DNA of 62,083 bases, the filler included, from Asterionella formosa (lineage: Eukaryota): assembly GCA_002256025.1 (NCBI GenBank). It is 13 parts of 13 records of this genome, joined end to end, with 100 filler letters (N's around TTAATTAATTAA, not from the genome) between each part and the next. Parts side by side here need not be neighbours in the genome. Positions count along the whole stretch, not along the records: positions 47,874 to 52,544 come from NKIB01013414.1; positions 52,645 to 57,315 come from NKIB01013415.1; positions 57,416 to 62,083 come from NKIB01013416.1; 10 more parts are not named here. The stretch is one strand, 5' to 3'. Positions within the stretch are counted from its first letter, which is position 1. Every line of letters starts with the position of its first letter. The translations under genes and the position numbers were made by a program. The notes beneath the pieces were generated by a model that saw nothing but the letters and a program-made list of their open reading frames with translations, was not told the DNA's origin and ran no database searches. Positions 48,161-62,083 of the stretch are shown piece by piece.

Positions 48161-50408
48161 GGGTCGTTCTTATCATTCCGAATTTGCTGTATCATTTCCG
48201 GGTTGCGGGCAAAAAGTGACGGTTGGTATCAAAACACGGTATCAGCAACGGTAACTTGATGGTATGATACAAAATTGATACCTTTTTTGCCCCCTCCAAA
48301 AACGGTATCAGTGATACTGACGTTTTCACGCGGGTATCATTTCCGTTGTCACTAATAAAATAACCGAAAATAAGCCTGCAAGGCAAGGCACCAGTGATAA
48401 TATTAGCTAATGGCATATACTATTCCTTCAATTTTATGCTGGCTGCGTACATCGTCCAAGCAACACCATTGATACAACTATACAGCACCAGACAGAAAGT
48501 TATACTTGGCAATCTTATAACTCCCAAGTGTTTTTGTGTATTTGTTACTACAGATCAGTCATTTGAATCTCCCTGAAGATACTACAAGCAAGGCAAATGG
48601 AACAGCATATGGAACCAGTCACACAAATGCAAACAACAACTGTTGATGTGGAGACCACTGTATATCAAGATCGACCCACCACCTTCAACAATACAATGCA
48701 GTCTCTTGCTACAGATACTGAAGTCGATCGATTTGTTGACTCCCTCATACTTCCTGATGACTTTGTGCTTGATAGTGAAAGGACAAAGGTGATTTTCATC
48801 AAAGGTGTTGCAATGAAGCAGATCTCGCTCGGTCAAGGTTCTCCGAAAAAATTGCGTCAGATACAAAGTTTCTGGATACAAAAATGCGAAGAAGGCTTTC
48901 ACTGTTGCTTTGATTGCTCGACTTTTGAAGAGAGACAGCTTGTCACAGAGAATATATACCCTAGATCTTTCAATGTCAATGAATCAGACATTGAATTGCT
49001 GGATAGTGATAATGATAATCACGAAGATTCATCAATTAATGATGAGGAATTCAAAGTTGATGAAGATTGCGAAGATGATAATGATGAAAGGAAAGACAAA
49101 GTTCAAGAGGCAACAGCAGTGCAGCCACATGAGTCTTTGGTCAATCCTCAGTTTGAACAAGAGGAAGTGAACCCTCCTGTAAAAAAGGCGAAAAAGAATA
49201 AGGCACAGGCAAAGTCAACCCCTCCAGATGCTGTGACCTGCATCAACACATACTTCTGTGTCATTAATGTCTACATGTGCAACAAGCATCGCAGTGATGT
49301 TTTGCGTCTAGGTCAGCCACCAACTCTGGCTGAACTTGATGCAAGAAGATTTCGACACAAGTTCATTTTCGATCGACTTGTTGTCACATATAATGATGAT
49401 GAGGATGACGACTGCATCATTCTAGCGTTTCCCGAAGATGAATACTGGGACCAAGTTGGAATTGATGCTGACTATGCAAAAAAATATGATGTCCTCACTT
49501 CCAAAGACTTTTCATTGGTAATGGGATACATTAATCATCATTATCAAGTTGCCTATCGAAAAAAAAACAATCAGGCAATCATGATGATTTTGTCAAATTT
49601 GTTGGGTCACGTCATTTCCTATATTACTACTAACATCTTTGGTTGTGTCAAGTTCCACATCTATTGAATTTTGCTGTACCACTGTTACCAAAATATTCCT
49701 TCCGTGAGAGTAAAAGCGTCCTCATGACACAGCTTCTTGACATGAGAATGCCATGACATTCTCTCATGCTCCCATTTCGCCTTCCTCTTTTTAACTTTCG
49801 TTTCAGCCTCCAGAGCCAGATGACAAAGGATAAAGAATTGATCATGGTCATCGTAATCAAAGAATTGATGGTTGTTTTCATTATCAAAAAATTGATTACT
49901 GATGACATCATTACCATCATCATCATTGCCATCATTGATATTCACGGAACCTTCTTCAGTTCAATGTTGATCCACTTGTTCGTCATTGTGCACTGACAAT
50001 GATGACATGGTGCTGATTGCTTGTAAACATGAAAGGGGATGATGGCAAGCGGAAGTGTAAGAAGAAGTGTATAGAGGATCTTGCTTGTCTGTGTTGACTC
50101 ATGGCAAATCAAAAATTAAGCAGGTATGTCAGCTATATATTCCATACTGCTACATAATACGCGTAGTTTTCCTACATGGTTTTTGTAATGGAAAATTATC
50201 GAAATAGTCTGGAGGGAAGCCTGGAGGGATATGCACATGATTGTAGCTAGCCAACCCGTAACCGTTGAATTTTCGTGATACTTTTTGGGTGATACAATTT
50301 CATTTTTATTTTTGTGGAGAATGGATTTTTTCGGTTTAAATCGAGTAGCCGTTACATGATACTTTTTCAAAAAAAATGATACCAAATCGAAAATGATAAG
50401 AACGACCC
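48161..50408. mobile_element. PIF/Harbinger DNA transposon, internally deleted
   Basis: Perfect 17-bp TIR gggtcgttcttatcatt / aatgataagaacgaccc, with TTA TSD at 48158-48160 and 50409-50411. Convergent ORFs: an accessory ORF at 48597-49700 (+) and a transposase-like N-terminus RMSWHSHVKKLCHEDAF (-). Confidence 0.85.
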
Positions 50409-51079
50409 TTAGATTCAGTCATGATATAGACTTGGGGGTATCATCTATATATACAGATATGGCAAGGACCTCAATGATCAAGAGCAGTGGCAGTTATCCC
50501 CATAGGAATCGTAACTATGATCCAAAATAACAGACCATGAAGCTTTTAAAAACATTTGCGAGGGATAACTGCCACTTCTCTGCAGAAAAACTCTTGACGT
50601 AAATGGTTACACTCCTAAACGGCTATCTATTTTACTAGTCTTCATGAAACCCCGCAGATTTAGAGCAATCCTCCTCCAAAAAGTCGACCCGATCAGATTT
50701 TTCAAAAGTCGCCAAAATATTGGAATGGGAATCTGTAGGTGCAAAAAGTTCTCGTAGACTTTGAGTCTTGTGTAGGTATGTTGAAGATGCATAATTCTCA
50801 TTTCCCACGTCACTGCACATATTCTGATTGGTTGGATTGAATGTACTCACCTGCTACAGATTGGCTAACGATGTATGCCGGTCTTGTAAAATCACGCCAG
50901 CCACACTTTAATCTCAGTACCGGTACTTAGTTGCTTCATCCTGTCTTCCATCGTCATGCGGAACCAAGATTATTTGAATTGAATTCTTTATTTCATTGAG
51001 TCCCCGCATTGGGACAACAGATTGACGACCTGATCACGCTTTCTCTTAAAATAATGCAATTTCCAAATGAGCATGGACA

Positions 51080-52140
51080 ATGTCGGCACTTGAAGAATCA
51101 TAATCGATAATGATGGCTGATGTAGCCCAGCCATGACCATCGAAAACTCTTTGGATGACAAGAAAACATATGTCTTTGCATAATCAGCCAGCATTAATTG
51201 CAACTTGGTCCCAGTATTCATTTTCAAAATATGAACATGCTGCTAGGAGGGGGCATTCATCGTCATCATCAAGATATATAACTACAACAAGTCAGTCGAA
51301 AATATATTTATGTCAAAATCTCCTTGCATCAAGTTCAGCCATGGTGGGTAGATGAACTAGCTTCTTAGAAACATCATTGTGATGTTTTTCGCACAAATAA
51401 ATGTTAACAACACGAAAGTATGTGTTGGTACAAGTCACAGTATCTTTTAGGGAGTTTACTTCTTAGCTTGTGCCTTCCATGAACTCACGTTTCTTCTTTC
51501 TCCACCAGGTATCTGGTTTGCCATTCCAAGGATCAGCAGGGGCCCTGATATCCTTATTATTAGATGAGATGTCAGAGTTAGGATGTTTAATATCACCTGC
51601 CTTCTTAAGCATTAGTTCCAGTTGTGTTAAAGTGAATTCAGAAGAGGAGAAATTTCCATAACCAACTACCAGCTGGCGCTGGCGGAACCAATCCCAAATT
51701 GCATATAGCCATGACCGTTTGCCTGCTGATAACTTTGTGGCTGGTGTAAAGCATGACAAAATGGTGTTATCATCCAATGGTCCTAGGCTCATGGCCGTAT
51801 CAATGTCTTCTCCAACCAGGCGGTTCACCTGTTGCTGTGTCAACTGTAGTATTCCAGTATAGACTGAGCGTCTTTTCGGTGTCCGCTTCTTGTGTTGTTG
51901 TTTTTTAACTGGATGGGAGGACACTTCTTCATAATCATAATCATATTATTATTCAATGACCAAAGGAGGTTCCTCTACTGCTGTTGGCTTTTGCTCTTTT
52001 TCATTTTCGTCTTCCAATGGAAGCATTGCGTTTGGTGTCATCATCAAAATCATGTTAGTTATCTGTTTCATTCTTGTCATTGAAAGTTCTTGAGGTACAG
52101 TTTCTAAGACAAGCTGTCTCTCCTCAAAAATCTATCGATC
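51080..52140 (-). pseudogene. Second, degenerate copy of the Harbinger accessory ORF
   Basis: The reverse complement of 51150-51450 aligns with 49210-49510 (gtgac.tg.a.caacacatactt, gaacttgatgcaag, gaatactgggaccaagttg). Confidence 0.6.
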
Positions 52141-55074
52141 AAACCAACAGTGTACCCCGACTTTACCAGCGAGTTGTGGTAAAAGACGGTTTTTACTGTG
52201 AGGAAAACACAGGTATATGACTCAACTACAGAAACTGGCAGATGGTAAATTATAGTCATTTAGTCTACCAGTTTTAGGCAGATTGCTTAGTAGACTAGCT
52301 AGAACAAACAAAGACAGATATTAACGACAAAGTTGGTCTAACTGTAATGAAAAGTATAAAATGGTCATCTGCAAAAAAAGTATTTTAGTAGCGTCCTACC
52401 TCACTCCTTGCTCCATCCCAAATGATCATCTTGAAAACGGGTTTCTAAGCAAAATAATCCAAAGATCCCTTCTTCTTGGCCGCTACAACTGTAATGGCCT
52501 CAACAAAGTCTTCATGCATAATGATACTCGACTCTCGTCTCAATNNNNNNNNNNNNNNNNNNNNNNNNNNNNNNNNNNNNNNNNNNNNTTAATTAATTAA
52601 NNNNNNNNNNNNNNNNNNNNNNNNNNNNNNNNNNNNNNNNNNNNGTCGTGTCGTACATACTGTGTATTAGTGGATCACTGTTGTAGCTAAGGCGTGATGA
52701 CGATGGCAGTGCTTCGTGGTTTGAATCATACCAGTAAATATCAGCCATGTGTAATCTCGTCTTCCGACTACGGGCAATGGTCACTGGTGAGTGCCAGGTA
52801 CCTGGTAGTTTAAGCCGGCGTGTCCGTATCATACTTCCTCTAGGATGGCTGTACAGGTGGACAGACTATGGTCTACCTGGTACTTGTAATGATATGACAT
52901 GTAATAATAGTACAGTAGGTACCTGGTACTAGTTACATGGTACTTGGTACCAGGGTACCATGTAGAGGTACCTGGTACCAGCAAGTTGCGTCAATTGTGC
53001 TGAAACTAAACGTTTAGCTATCTTTATCCCATATTAAATTGCTTATTTAAGCAAAATGACATCAATTTGCAGGTATTCACTGTCAACTCCTTGTCGTTGC
53101 TGTTCAAATAGCCTACTACAATTTCGAACACCCTACCAAATATTCGATTGGTTATATATATACTTATGATTAGACAACAATAAACCATCGCCAACATTGG
53201 GAGGGAAGCGAACAAATGGCATGATGATTCCATTGCCACCAAATGACGATTCAACAAATCACAGACAAACTCATAAAATTAACATCATGGAGTCATTGAC
53301 ATGCATCTTGAAAAGGTCTGCTCGATTGTAGTTTGAATAGATCAGACAAACAAATATGTTCACTGTGTCAAGTCTTGCAAGCCAAGTGAAGAGAGGATGA
53401 TGGCCTGATGCGGCCTTATGGGCTTCAAATGTTGGTGCACAATTGGGAGTGCTGATCCCAAAGGTCCATCCAAAAGTCTCACGTAAATACTGCATGTCAA
53501 GCTGTGATACTAACAGTATGTACAACATGAACTGCCAGCTGTGCGGTAAGTAGCTTCTTGGAATATTTGTAGGGGCCACTGATACCCTTGCATGGCTGCT
53601 GATACACATACATACACTTGGCTCATTGTCGCTTCTTCTTGTTTTGTTGTTCTGCATCTGCACTTGATGTTCTACAAATTTTCGTTCCATATACTTCCAA
53701 TCTTGTTATGTGACTTCATCAAAAGTAAGTGTTACATATGGTTACAAAAAGATCCGCTTGGATCGCTTGGATGATAAGACCTTGATAGTGGTGGCAAAAC
53801 AAACTTTCAACAAAAATCCAAATATCTTCTTAGAATATGTTGATTGTTTTTCATTTTCTGCGATAACGTCATTCATAATTTCACATAAATCTTCCTCTTC
53901 ATTCATGAATCTCCGGTAGCACCAGGCGGCGTTAGTGATTCAATGGGGGGGGAGACTGTATGGTAGAGGACTGCTGATGAATGAAACAGGAAGAATATTT
54001 CATGGACATGATGTGACGGAACCCACGAAATCAAGGATCCTGGTGACATTCTCAGAGAGAAGAGCAATTTCGAGTTGGCCAGATTCAGGAGGTGCTGGAG
54101 GGTAGTGATGAATCCGAAGAAAGTTCCTGTTGATACCTTGTGTAGAATCAGCAAGTGATTTTACATCCAACAATCTACCAATCGACCTATCCATGAGCCT
54201 TACGAACTCACTAGAATGGAGGGTGATACATTGATGTTCTATAAAATAGTGGCAATCCTGCTTAATATTCCATCAGCCTCTTAGTAATGACTAGAAACTG
54301 CAGTTAGAATATTGATTTCATCCATGTTGCCTGAGTTGTTCGCCATGATAGTTATTCATCTGATGCAGACATCGTTGATGATGAGCGATTTTTAATTGAG
54401 AATTGGTTGTTTATATCAATGCCGCAAAAGGAGGCATTGCATGCCTTGGATACTATCTTAACAATGCACCCAAATATTGAAGGGAATTTTTTCGTCATAG
54501 CTAATGCACAAAAATCATACCGGTAGCTTGATTTGATTGGCTTGTAGAAATTCCGGCAAGACAGAACTCTGTAGAACCTAGTACACAAGATAGCATATGT
54601 GTAGAACACATGTATACACACCAGCTATGTCACTCTAGAATTTGCTTAGTATGCGAATTGTGCTAATTTTGGAAGATCACTTGATCATAGAAACTGATTC
54701 AACCAAGAACAATATCACTTCTTAGTCGCATTTGTATCTTTTAAACTATGGAAAAGAGAATGGGAATGATGTTGTGATCAACAGAATTGGGCAAGCAATG
54801 TCAAAATTGCCATCATCCTGACTCTTTACTACTAAAAAGACATTGTGTACCCGAATACTCCCCTTCTAAGTTTGAGAAATGATCCTCAGTTTATTGGCCT
54901 ATGTCATATTCTTGAACAGTGCAAAACAGCATCCAAAATTGCTTTGGCAAGTCTCGACAAAGATTGGATTACAGCAACCTGAGTTTAGCTATCATGCACA
55001 TACCGGTAGACTAGTTTTGTTATAAATATACAGGCAGGTTCTTGTCTCCCTGCCTCCCAGCCATTCAGGAGTTA

Positions 55075-55180
55075 ATGAAAGTTTCCTACGTTTCCTGAAG
55101 TTTCTTGACATTTCCTTAAGTTTCCTGAAATTCATAGGAATTTCCTGAGAGTCATAATGTTTTCCTGAAAGTCATAGTCA
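55075..55180. repeat. Degenerate 10-bp tandem repeat (tttcctgaag)
   Basis: gtttcctacg tttcctgaag tttcttgaca tttccttaag tttcctgaaa ... Confidence 0.6.
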
Positions 55181-55268
55181 TATGCTTTGTATTCTCGTTT
55201 TTGCAAAAAGAAGAATTCCGCCATTTATTTTGCTGAATCGTGCTATGAATTCAAGATGTCTTTTAGTA

Positions 55269-56130
55269 CCAGTAAAGAACTGCTGTGACCCGCCCACTGA
55301 AATCTCCTATTCGTCTGATTAGTTCGACTAAACCTATTCCATGCCTTGCAAGAATCAAACTTCAATGTCTTGTTAACCAAAGGAGTCAGCAGGTTGTGGA
55401 TCTGTCGATATTCTCTTAGAAGGTCGAGGTTCTGTAATACGACCCCTTTTATGTCAACAAAATTTTCCGATAATGGGTCACAGCTGTACTTAAATTTTTA
55501 TTTATAATTGTATATAATTTTATATACCATTACGATCACGGATTACCCTGTTTGGTTTTCGCAAAATAATTTTTAAGAATTTTCGTATCCAGATGTACCA
55601 GGATACCTGGTACCATCGGTACATCATGATCACACACAAATACATTCAGCCACCGATACCGGTATGTGCCGGTATCGGTACACACTTTCTTTGTATTGTT
55701 GTATGGGGGCTGATGGTATGTAGGTCGACGTTGGCGCGCCCGATTACCGGTATACATGCTCAACTTACTTCAGCAATATCAGGGAATAGGGATAGGTTTA
55801 TGACAAGAATCATCGGCAAAATAAATCGCATGCGACATTTTTGTATATAGTTGCGTATATCACAAAACAATGAATCCTCAAAACATGGGGTAATCCGTGT
55901 TCTGGCAATATTTTCGTCGATTGCACTTTTCAACCAATATTTTAGGAGAGACAAATGGCTATAAACTTGTATCTAATTGCATATCCTTAAAGCGTACATG
56001 GTCAAGATTTGGGTCGAAGTTTTAAAATTAACTTATTGGCATTTGGTGGGGTCAAACCGTGTTTTTCTCCTGTTCAGTGGGTCACAGCGGTTCCAATTTT
56101 TTTTAGTGGGTCACAGCAGTTTTTTACTGG
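55269..56130. mobile_element. MITE / non-autonomous Tc1-mariner-like element (862 bp)
   Basis: 23-bp TIR with 1 mismatch, ccagtaaa(g/a)aactgctgtgaccc. TA within GTAC on both sides. Internal gggtcacagc repeats at about 55475 and 56079. Confidence 0.82.
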
Positions 56131-58481
56131 TACTATTTATGATAAAATGTGTCGCTGTCCGGTAACAAGTTGTCCGTTTCAGGAAAATGACCGCAGCTTG
56201 CAGGCAAGGCAACCAGATGCGGTCATTTTGCTTAAATAAACAATTTGATCTGGGATAAAGACAGCTGATGCAGATGCTCAAGATGTTTGATTATATACAT
56301 GTATAAATAAATATATAGAACGGTATGTGTTTTGATGGTCTGTGGCGGTTAGAAATATGTATCCTGTATGAAGTTTTTCCCTACCGGTATTTCCTCTCAC
56401 ACAGTGTATGCAGGATTCGCATGTATAGGGTTTACGTCATCCTCTCCCACCATGGTGAGCGAATGTTTGAATTTGCGATTTTTCAGCACTGCCCTTTCAA
56501 GATACCGGTATGTCCGGAGTAGCGCTGAAACCGGTACGGTAGGTAGCTTTGGACTACCGGTACGCATAAATATTTTACGACCACATCTAAGGAAGAATGT
56601 ATGGTGTTGTATAACAATATATTTCTACTACAATTCGGTGGGCACTACACTACCGGTAATCATGAATCATGCTTACTTAGCATCAGCAGAGGATTGTTGC
56701 AACATACCTCTGGTGGAGTCATTCTATGGTCCACAGATTGCTAAGTATAATACATTTACGACTTCATACGACATCTTGAATACCGGTACCAACCGGTATA
56801 TGGACAAAATGTAGGAAAGGAAATGCTTCGATACTAAACATATGAAGAAACAGTTCAAAGTAAAAGTACCGGTATCCTGAGAGACTGACTGACGGACTTG
56901 CTTTCATTATGATTCATCATCTGAAGCATGTTGAAACATACATGACAAGATACTTCATGACTACTACTAATAAATGATTCTTACCGGAAGTCTAGTGCTA
57001 AGAACACATTTACATACAAGTTTTACACGTGATGCAACACTTTCTTTGTTCCAGATAGCACTCATTTTGTTTCGATGGTAGTCGTCCACATCTGTATCAT
57101 AATCTTGAAATCCTCTCTCCCCCGCAAAGCAACAACAAGGACCACCAGATTGAACAGCACGAGACCATATAACAATGACAACCAATGCTACCAACACAGG
57201 TAATATGGATGAGTGCCATTTGAAGGAAGCGCCAGTTGTGACAGCAGGCAGTACCAAGGTCGCGGATTCGACTACGCCATGGCCATTGCAAGGAATCGGA
57301 GAACCTCACGAGAATNNNNNNNNNNNNNNNNNNNNNNNNNNNNNNNNNNNNNNNNNNNNTTAATTAATTAANNNNNNNNNNNNNNNNNNNNNNNNNNNNN
57401 NNNNNNNNNNNNNNNGGAAGCAAGCAAAAACCGCTGCTGACAGAACTGGCCGTTAGGAAAAATGTGGACAAAATCCCCCACAGATTTACGTACAGAAACT
57501 ATATATGTTCCACATTTTTCTGTACTTCCTCCCTTGTCTTATGGATACTGCACATATTGTGTACCTTGGCACTGTAGTAAGTAAAAAGCAGCGTGGCACC
57601 CGGTAAACTTGTTGAACCTCCGTATAAGATTCACCTCTATAAGATACAAAAAGGCCATACTTTTTACAGCAGCAAACAGGGTGTATCTTGAAGTGAAGTG
57701 CCACTGTACTGGCATATTACTGATATAATTGTGTGAATGGGGTCGTGGAGTAAATATTTCATCTACATCCACCAACGAGGATATAATATAAACGTGAGAA
57801 TACTTCACTTGAAGTATCTTTTGATACCGAAGATTTGATACTGACATTTTCTACTTTCCTTTACTTAGCTGGTCATTTGACGACAAGTGAGGTCATTGGT
57901 CCCATCTGCTTTGATATTTAATTTCATTTCCAACTTGTTCTGTTTCATTCGATGACAAACAAATTTTTTTTGCCACTTCGATGCCAGCTATGTACATTTG
58001 ATTTTTAATGAATACAAATTTACCGATAAATAGGATTTTGACATTTATGTGCACATATATCCCTGGTAAAAGGCGAGCCAACATACCGGTATCCATTCTT
58101 GTTACCTGGGCACCTGCGACACTGGAAGATGTTCGTCGTTTATGCATGTAGAGGGTCCTGTGACTATGCCTCGACAAGATGAACAGATAGTCATCATTGC
58201 TTTATGTACAGATGTCCTGATGTTATTCTCGCCATCCTGGAATTTTCTTTAAACATTGCATACCAAATACCGGTACCGTACCTGCATGTATTATTGTATC
58301 GGTCCGGTATTTATGCTGGCACCTGGTAGGTACCAGGTATGTATGTAAAAACAAACCCAACCGGTATACCGGTAAATACTCCGAAAAACCAAACAAACAA
58401 AAAAACGAGAATCGATTCTGTTGTTGGACACAAAATTATTCATCAATATTATTCCCTGAAGTTTTCCGTATCAGTCGCATC

Positions 58482-59189
58482 ATGCACTCATCTTGTTCAC
58501 AGACAACACCTGACCGCCGACGAGTCCGCTTCGAGATGGAGGGCGACAGCATTAAGACCACGATGCAGCCTTCAACTTTTGTTCGAGAGTCATGTGATGA
58601 CTTAAACCTGTGGTGGCAACCAGATGAAGTCGTAGCCATCAGGAAATCAGCCGCTAATGTTTCGCTCCTAGTGAAAGAGCATGACAGGAAATTCGGCAAC
58701 AGAAGGAATATTCCCTCCTACATTGAAACAATCTCCCAGGTCTACACAACAACTTCGAAGGGCAGAGTACTTGCTAGGGCGTTGTTTGACGACCTTACCT
58801 TCTGGACATCACATGGGCACTCTCGGCGAGGTTTGGAGAAGTCAATCTTAGATGCCACAATGAAATACCAAATGAGTCCACGAAAAAACATCGTTGTTGC
58901 TGTCCGTTACATGCAAGAAAAATGTTCAGAAATGGGAATGAAGGACGATGAAAGAATGCGCTTGATTCGAAAAACGTCTAAGCGTTTGAGCAAGCCTGCA
59001 ACTGAAATCGCCCGTGTAATGGGAATTGCAGATATGTTGGCTGTTACGGCTACAAATCAAATCCTAGAATGCATGATATCGATTCCCGAAAATGCCGAGA
59101 CTTATCCCTCTGACCAGGCAGTGAACGACATCACAAGATCGTCCATGATTCCTTTGAGGCCTCGATTTGTCACTAACCGGTCTGCTTGA
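58482..59189 (+). CDS. Diatom-type conserved hypothetical protein
   Basis: 235 aa single-exon ORF with the RRVRF...LWW...SRRGLE...SKPATEIARVMGIAD pattern common in expanded diatom families. Confidence 0.7.
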   Translation: MHSSCSQTTPDRRRVRFEMEGDSIKTTMQPSTFVRESCDDLNLWWQPDEVVAIRKSAANVSLLVKEHDRKFGNRRNIPSYIETISQVYTTTSKGRVLARALFDDLTFWTSHGHSRRGLEKSILDATMKYQMSPRKNIVVAVRYMQEKCSEMGMKDDERMRLIRKTSKRLSKPATEIARVMGIADMLAVTATNQILECMISIPENAETYPSDQAVNDITRSSMIPLRPRFVTNRSA

Positions 59190-60433
59190 AGATAAAACTG
59201 TAACCTTTTGAGTCAAGGCCTGATAGTCAATTGGTAGTTCTTCAGTAGGTTCTATGTTGGTTGATCATTCAACTCGTTGTGTATCTGCTGTTACTACCGG
59301 TAGATAGCTAGAAATACAATTAATTGTCTGGTATCATAAGGGAAATTGTTTTAACGAGTTGATTTACATGGAACATCAGGCAGGTACCACAGGAGCCAAA
59401 TTGGTTGGTCGTGCAATGGTTTTTCGATGTTCATCTTTTCTTTTTAAAATAGCGTTGACGAGGCGATTGACGTTGATAATTGACTCAGCCACCACGACAG
59501 CCGCAGGAGCAAAATTATTACCGGTTGGTGGTTTTGCTTCGTTTGATCATTCGATGTTGTCTTGTTCTGTCAACTCGCTCCTAGTACATACAGCTTGACC
59601 TATGATATTCCTGCCAGAATTTTCTTTGAATTTTGAGCGCGGTAAGGCACGAATGAATGTATTGCAAGAATGATGACTTTGAAATTGATTCAAAGTAGGG
59701 CTAATTTCAACAAGACTTTCGAATATATCGCCGTCATCATTCTGTTTCCGGTATGTACCTGGTAATCATAAAATGAATACCTGTATCCTCTTAACTAATG
59801 TAGACGCTACTCCGAGTTGCGAATATGAATCACTCTCTGCAGTCATTTCCATTGGACTTCATTACGAACATATGACACCTCATCGTTTAATTAAGGTTCC
59901 TGGATTTGAACCCCTAGCTCGAGGTAGGGTTAAAAAAATAAATATTGATTCAGACTACCGGTAATCAAACACGTACTTTTCACGTCATAAATACCAGCCT
60001 TCACCATTAGACACCATTTTCCACATGTTTACAGTCGTTTTTCTTCTCTTTCTTGATTCGTCCATATGCCCGAGAGGATGATCAGGTCCTCCAGAACCAC
60101 AACCAACAAGAACGAGGCTCAACAAGTGTACCAACTTCTCCAATTTGCTGTGTCAACAAATTCAGAAAGTGATGCATTTTAACAATGCATCCCGATCACC
60201 ACTACATTATTCTGTGGCCTCCGACTGCCCGAAATAATTCTGACGCATACTGGATTTTTAAACCACCACAAACCATCTTAGCTAGAAGCACATGGTGAGG
60301 TGTTGGTAAACTCCATACATCGTCAGGATATAGGATCTGGAAAGAAAATGCAGAAGGAACTTCCCGGTTTTTGTTTACTCTGCTAAAACGACTAGATAAT
60401 TTGGGGAAATTTGGTGTTTATTTGCTAAACCAT

Positions 60434-60584
60434 AGTGGGTGCACTCTGATAATGAAAAATTATTATATCATGTGCATTATAACACACATCGTTGTACCCA
60501 TAACCCCAAAATTTGTTTTTGTGTTGACCAAATTTGGTTTTACCAGGTTTACCAAATTTGGTCAACACAAACACAAATTTTGTA
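60434..60584. mobile_element. Fold-back MITE with a MULE-family TIR (right arm runs into a gap)
   Basis: The start gtgggtgcactctgataatgaaaaattattatatcatgtg matches the MULE end at 42470. Central palindrome tgtgttgaccaaatttggt / accaaatttggtcaacaca around 60545. A further related end lies at about 61405-61444. Confidence 0.65.
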
Positions 60585-62083
60585 NNNNNNNNNNNNNNNN
60601 NNNNNNNNNNNNNNNNNNNNNNNNNNNNNNNNNNNNNNNNNNNNNNNNNNNNNNNNNNNNNNNNNNNNNNNNNNNNNNNNNNNNNNNNNNNNNNNNNNNN
60701 NNNNNACTCAGTCATATCTTGAAGTTTTTCAAAGGAATTTATTCAATCAACAACCTAGCAGATCAAGTGGAGGGCTCATGCGTCAACTGTTACCTCCCAT
60801 TTCGAGTGGATAAAGCGATATACCATAGTCAAGAAATATTTTTCGTGTCCTGCTGGGGGGTCAGTAGTTTGATGTTCGTTCGAAGTAGGCGACTTTTCAA
60901 TCTCTACTTCTCCTGGCAAGTCAGCATCAGACTAGGGCTTGTGTATCGATATCGATATCATTAGTTCACAGGATGTTTCTTTCTTTCATTGTCATAGTCA
61001 TGATGCTCGATCTCTGGTATTTCTTTCCTTTGTATGCTTCTCGTTCGCAATGATCCTCTTAAGAATAATAATAAATTGTCAAACCATTCCGCTCAGAAAT
61101 TTTGTTAAGGTGCATTGTTCCATTACCCATTTTATTCAAAATGAAGCCTTTGTGAGTTGTTTCGAGATGTCAATGCAGTCGAAGGGTAAATCATGAATGC
61201 ATGACTTTGGACGGAAATATCTCACAAATAATGGACAAGAGGAGGCATATTGCAAAGAAGGATGCATCGCTATGAAAACTTTACTGATAGAAATACAAGT
61301 TAAATTTATATTTGATGTCAGATAAATAATTTAAAATATCTCGATTATCAGAGCGCAACGACGCTATTAAGTATCAAATTACCAAAATAATTTGTGTTAA
61401 AATACGCACATGATATTTAAATTTTTTATTATCAGTGCGCCGTACAATTTATTATCCTGGCCCCCCCCCCTCCCCAAGCAATGTACGCTGCCATGACTGA
61501 ATTTGGCTGATTTTACTTAAGGGGATTATGAAAATGAAGAGAATTCCCTTAAAATAGACCTACGTAAATTTTATAGGTTCTACAGGATTGCGCGCATTTT
61601 TCTAATTTATATTAGTATGATCATTATTCTTTCCGTTAAGTGAAAAATGAGAACAAAGTTCTTGACTTTGCAAGAAAAAAGTGACATCACGGATGAAGCA
61701 TAGGAACTCCTCGGCAACATCACAGCTATTGCACTGGAAAGCTAACTTTGTTATTCTGATGTAGAAGGTTTACTGTCATATGAAGGTTGTTTGTTTTTAA
61801 AGAAATCTATGTTTCATTTAAGGAAGGCATGGATCAATAGTGCAGCTGAATTTGCTGCGATTCGTTTTGTGTATGATCAGCTTTGTGGTGCTGATGATTG
61901 CGCTTGTTCGGTCATGTTGCTTGCTGCCAAGCTGAAGCGCTTCTTTTCAGGACATGATCGTCTGCAAATAAAAAGTATCATGCATATATGATCAAGGGTA
62001 TCGTACGCTAAGTGGCACAGGATTTTCATATATATGATAATTTTTGGATCAAAACTATGATCAAGGTATCCTGTAACTATGAT

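Noticed and set aside
52990..55000. Coding-like degenerate sequence, probably old TE; 1100-1900 and 6400-7050 are similar
   Set aside because: No diagnostic motif or termini could be read, so it is left unassigned.
59892..59925. B-box-like GGTTCAAATCC on the minus strand
   Set aside because: No convincing A box, cloverleaf or similarity to the SINE body.

Overview
This is eukaryotic nuclear DNA from a gapped draft scaffold. It is most likely a pennate diatom, inferred from bipartite 'AF' plastid-targeting presequences, a DUF6824 protein, a plastid-type SLC4 and short GT-AG introns. About ten host genes are visible: a YqaJ-like nuclease (3' part), a secreted Cys-rich protein, an SLC4 bicarbonate transporter, a LIN37-like protein, an ArsS-like radical SAM enzyme, an Fe-S RecB/Cas4-like nuclease, a histone-fold protein, LRR and LRR-kinase genes, a DUF6824 protein and a diatom-type hypothetical protein. 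They sit in a dense, nested landscape of mobile elements: Ty3/Gypsy, Tc1/pogo-like, MULE, PIF/Harbinger, Helitron-like and LINE remnants. Four observations stand out. (1) A tRNA-derived SINE family has two copies, each with its own target-site duplication and a structured body showing compensatory change. (2) CCA...TGG-ended transposons all sit in GTAC, and their predicted excision footprints match the very abundant TACC(A/T)GGTA and TACCGGTA motif arrays. (3) The 84-bp LRR modules are hypervariable at one dicodon and feed an LRR-kinase-(RING) gene. (4) Two dissimilar Helitron-like families share a head-to-tail junction CTAG-TTTA-TC. All calls come from reading the sequence; no database searches were run.
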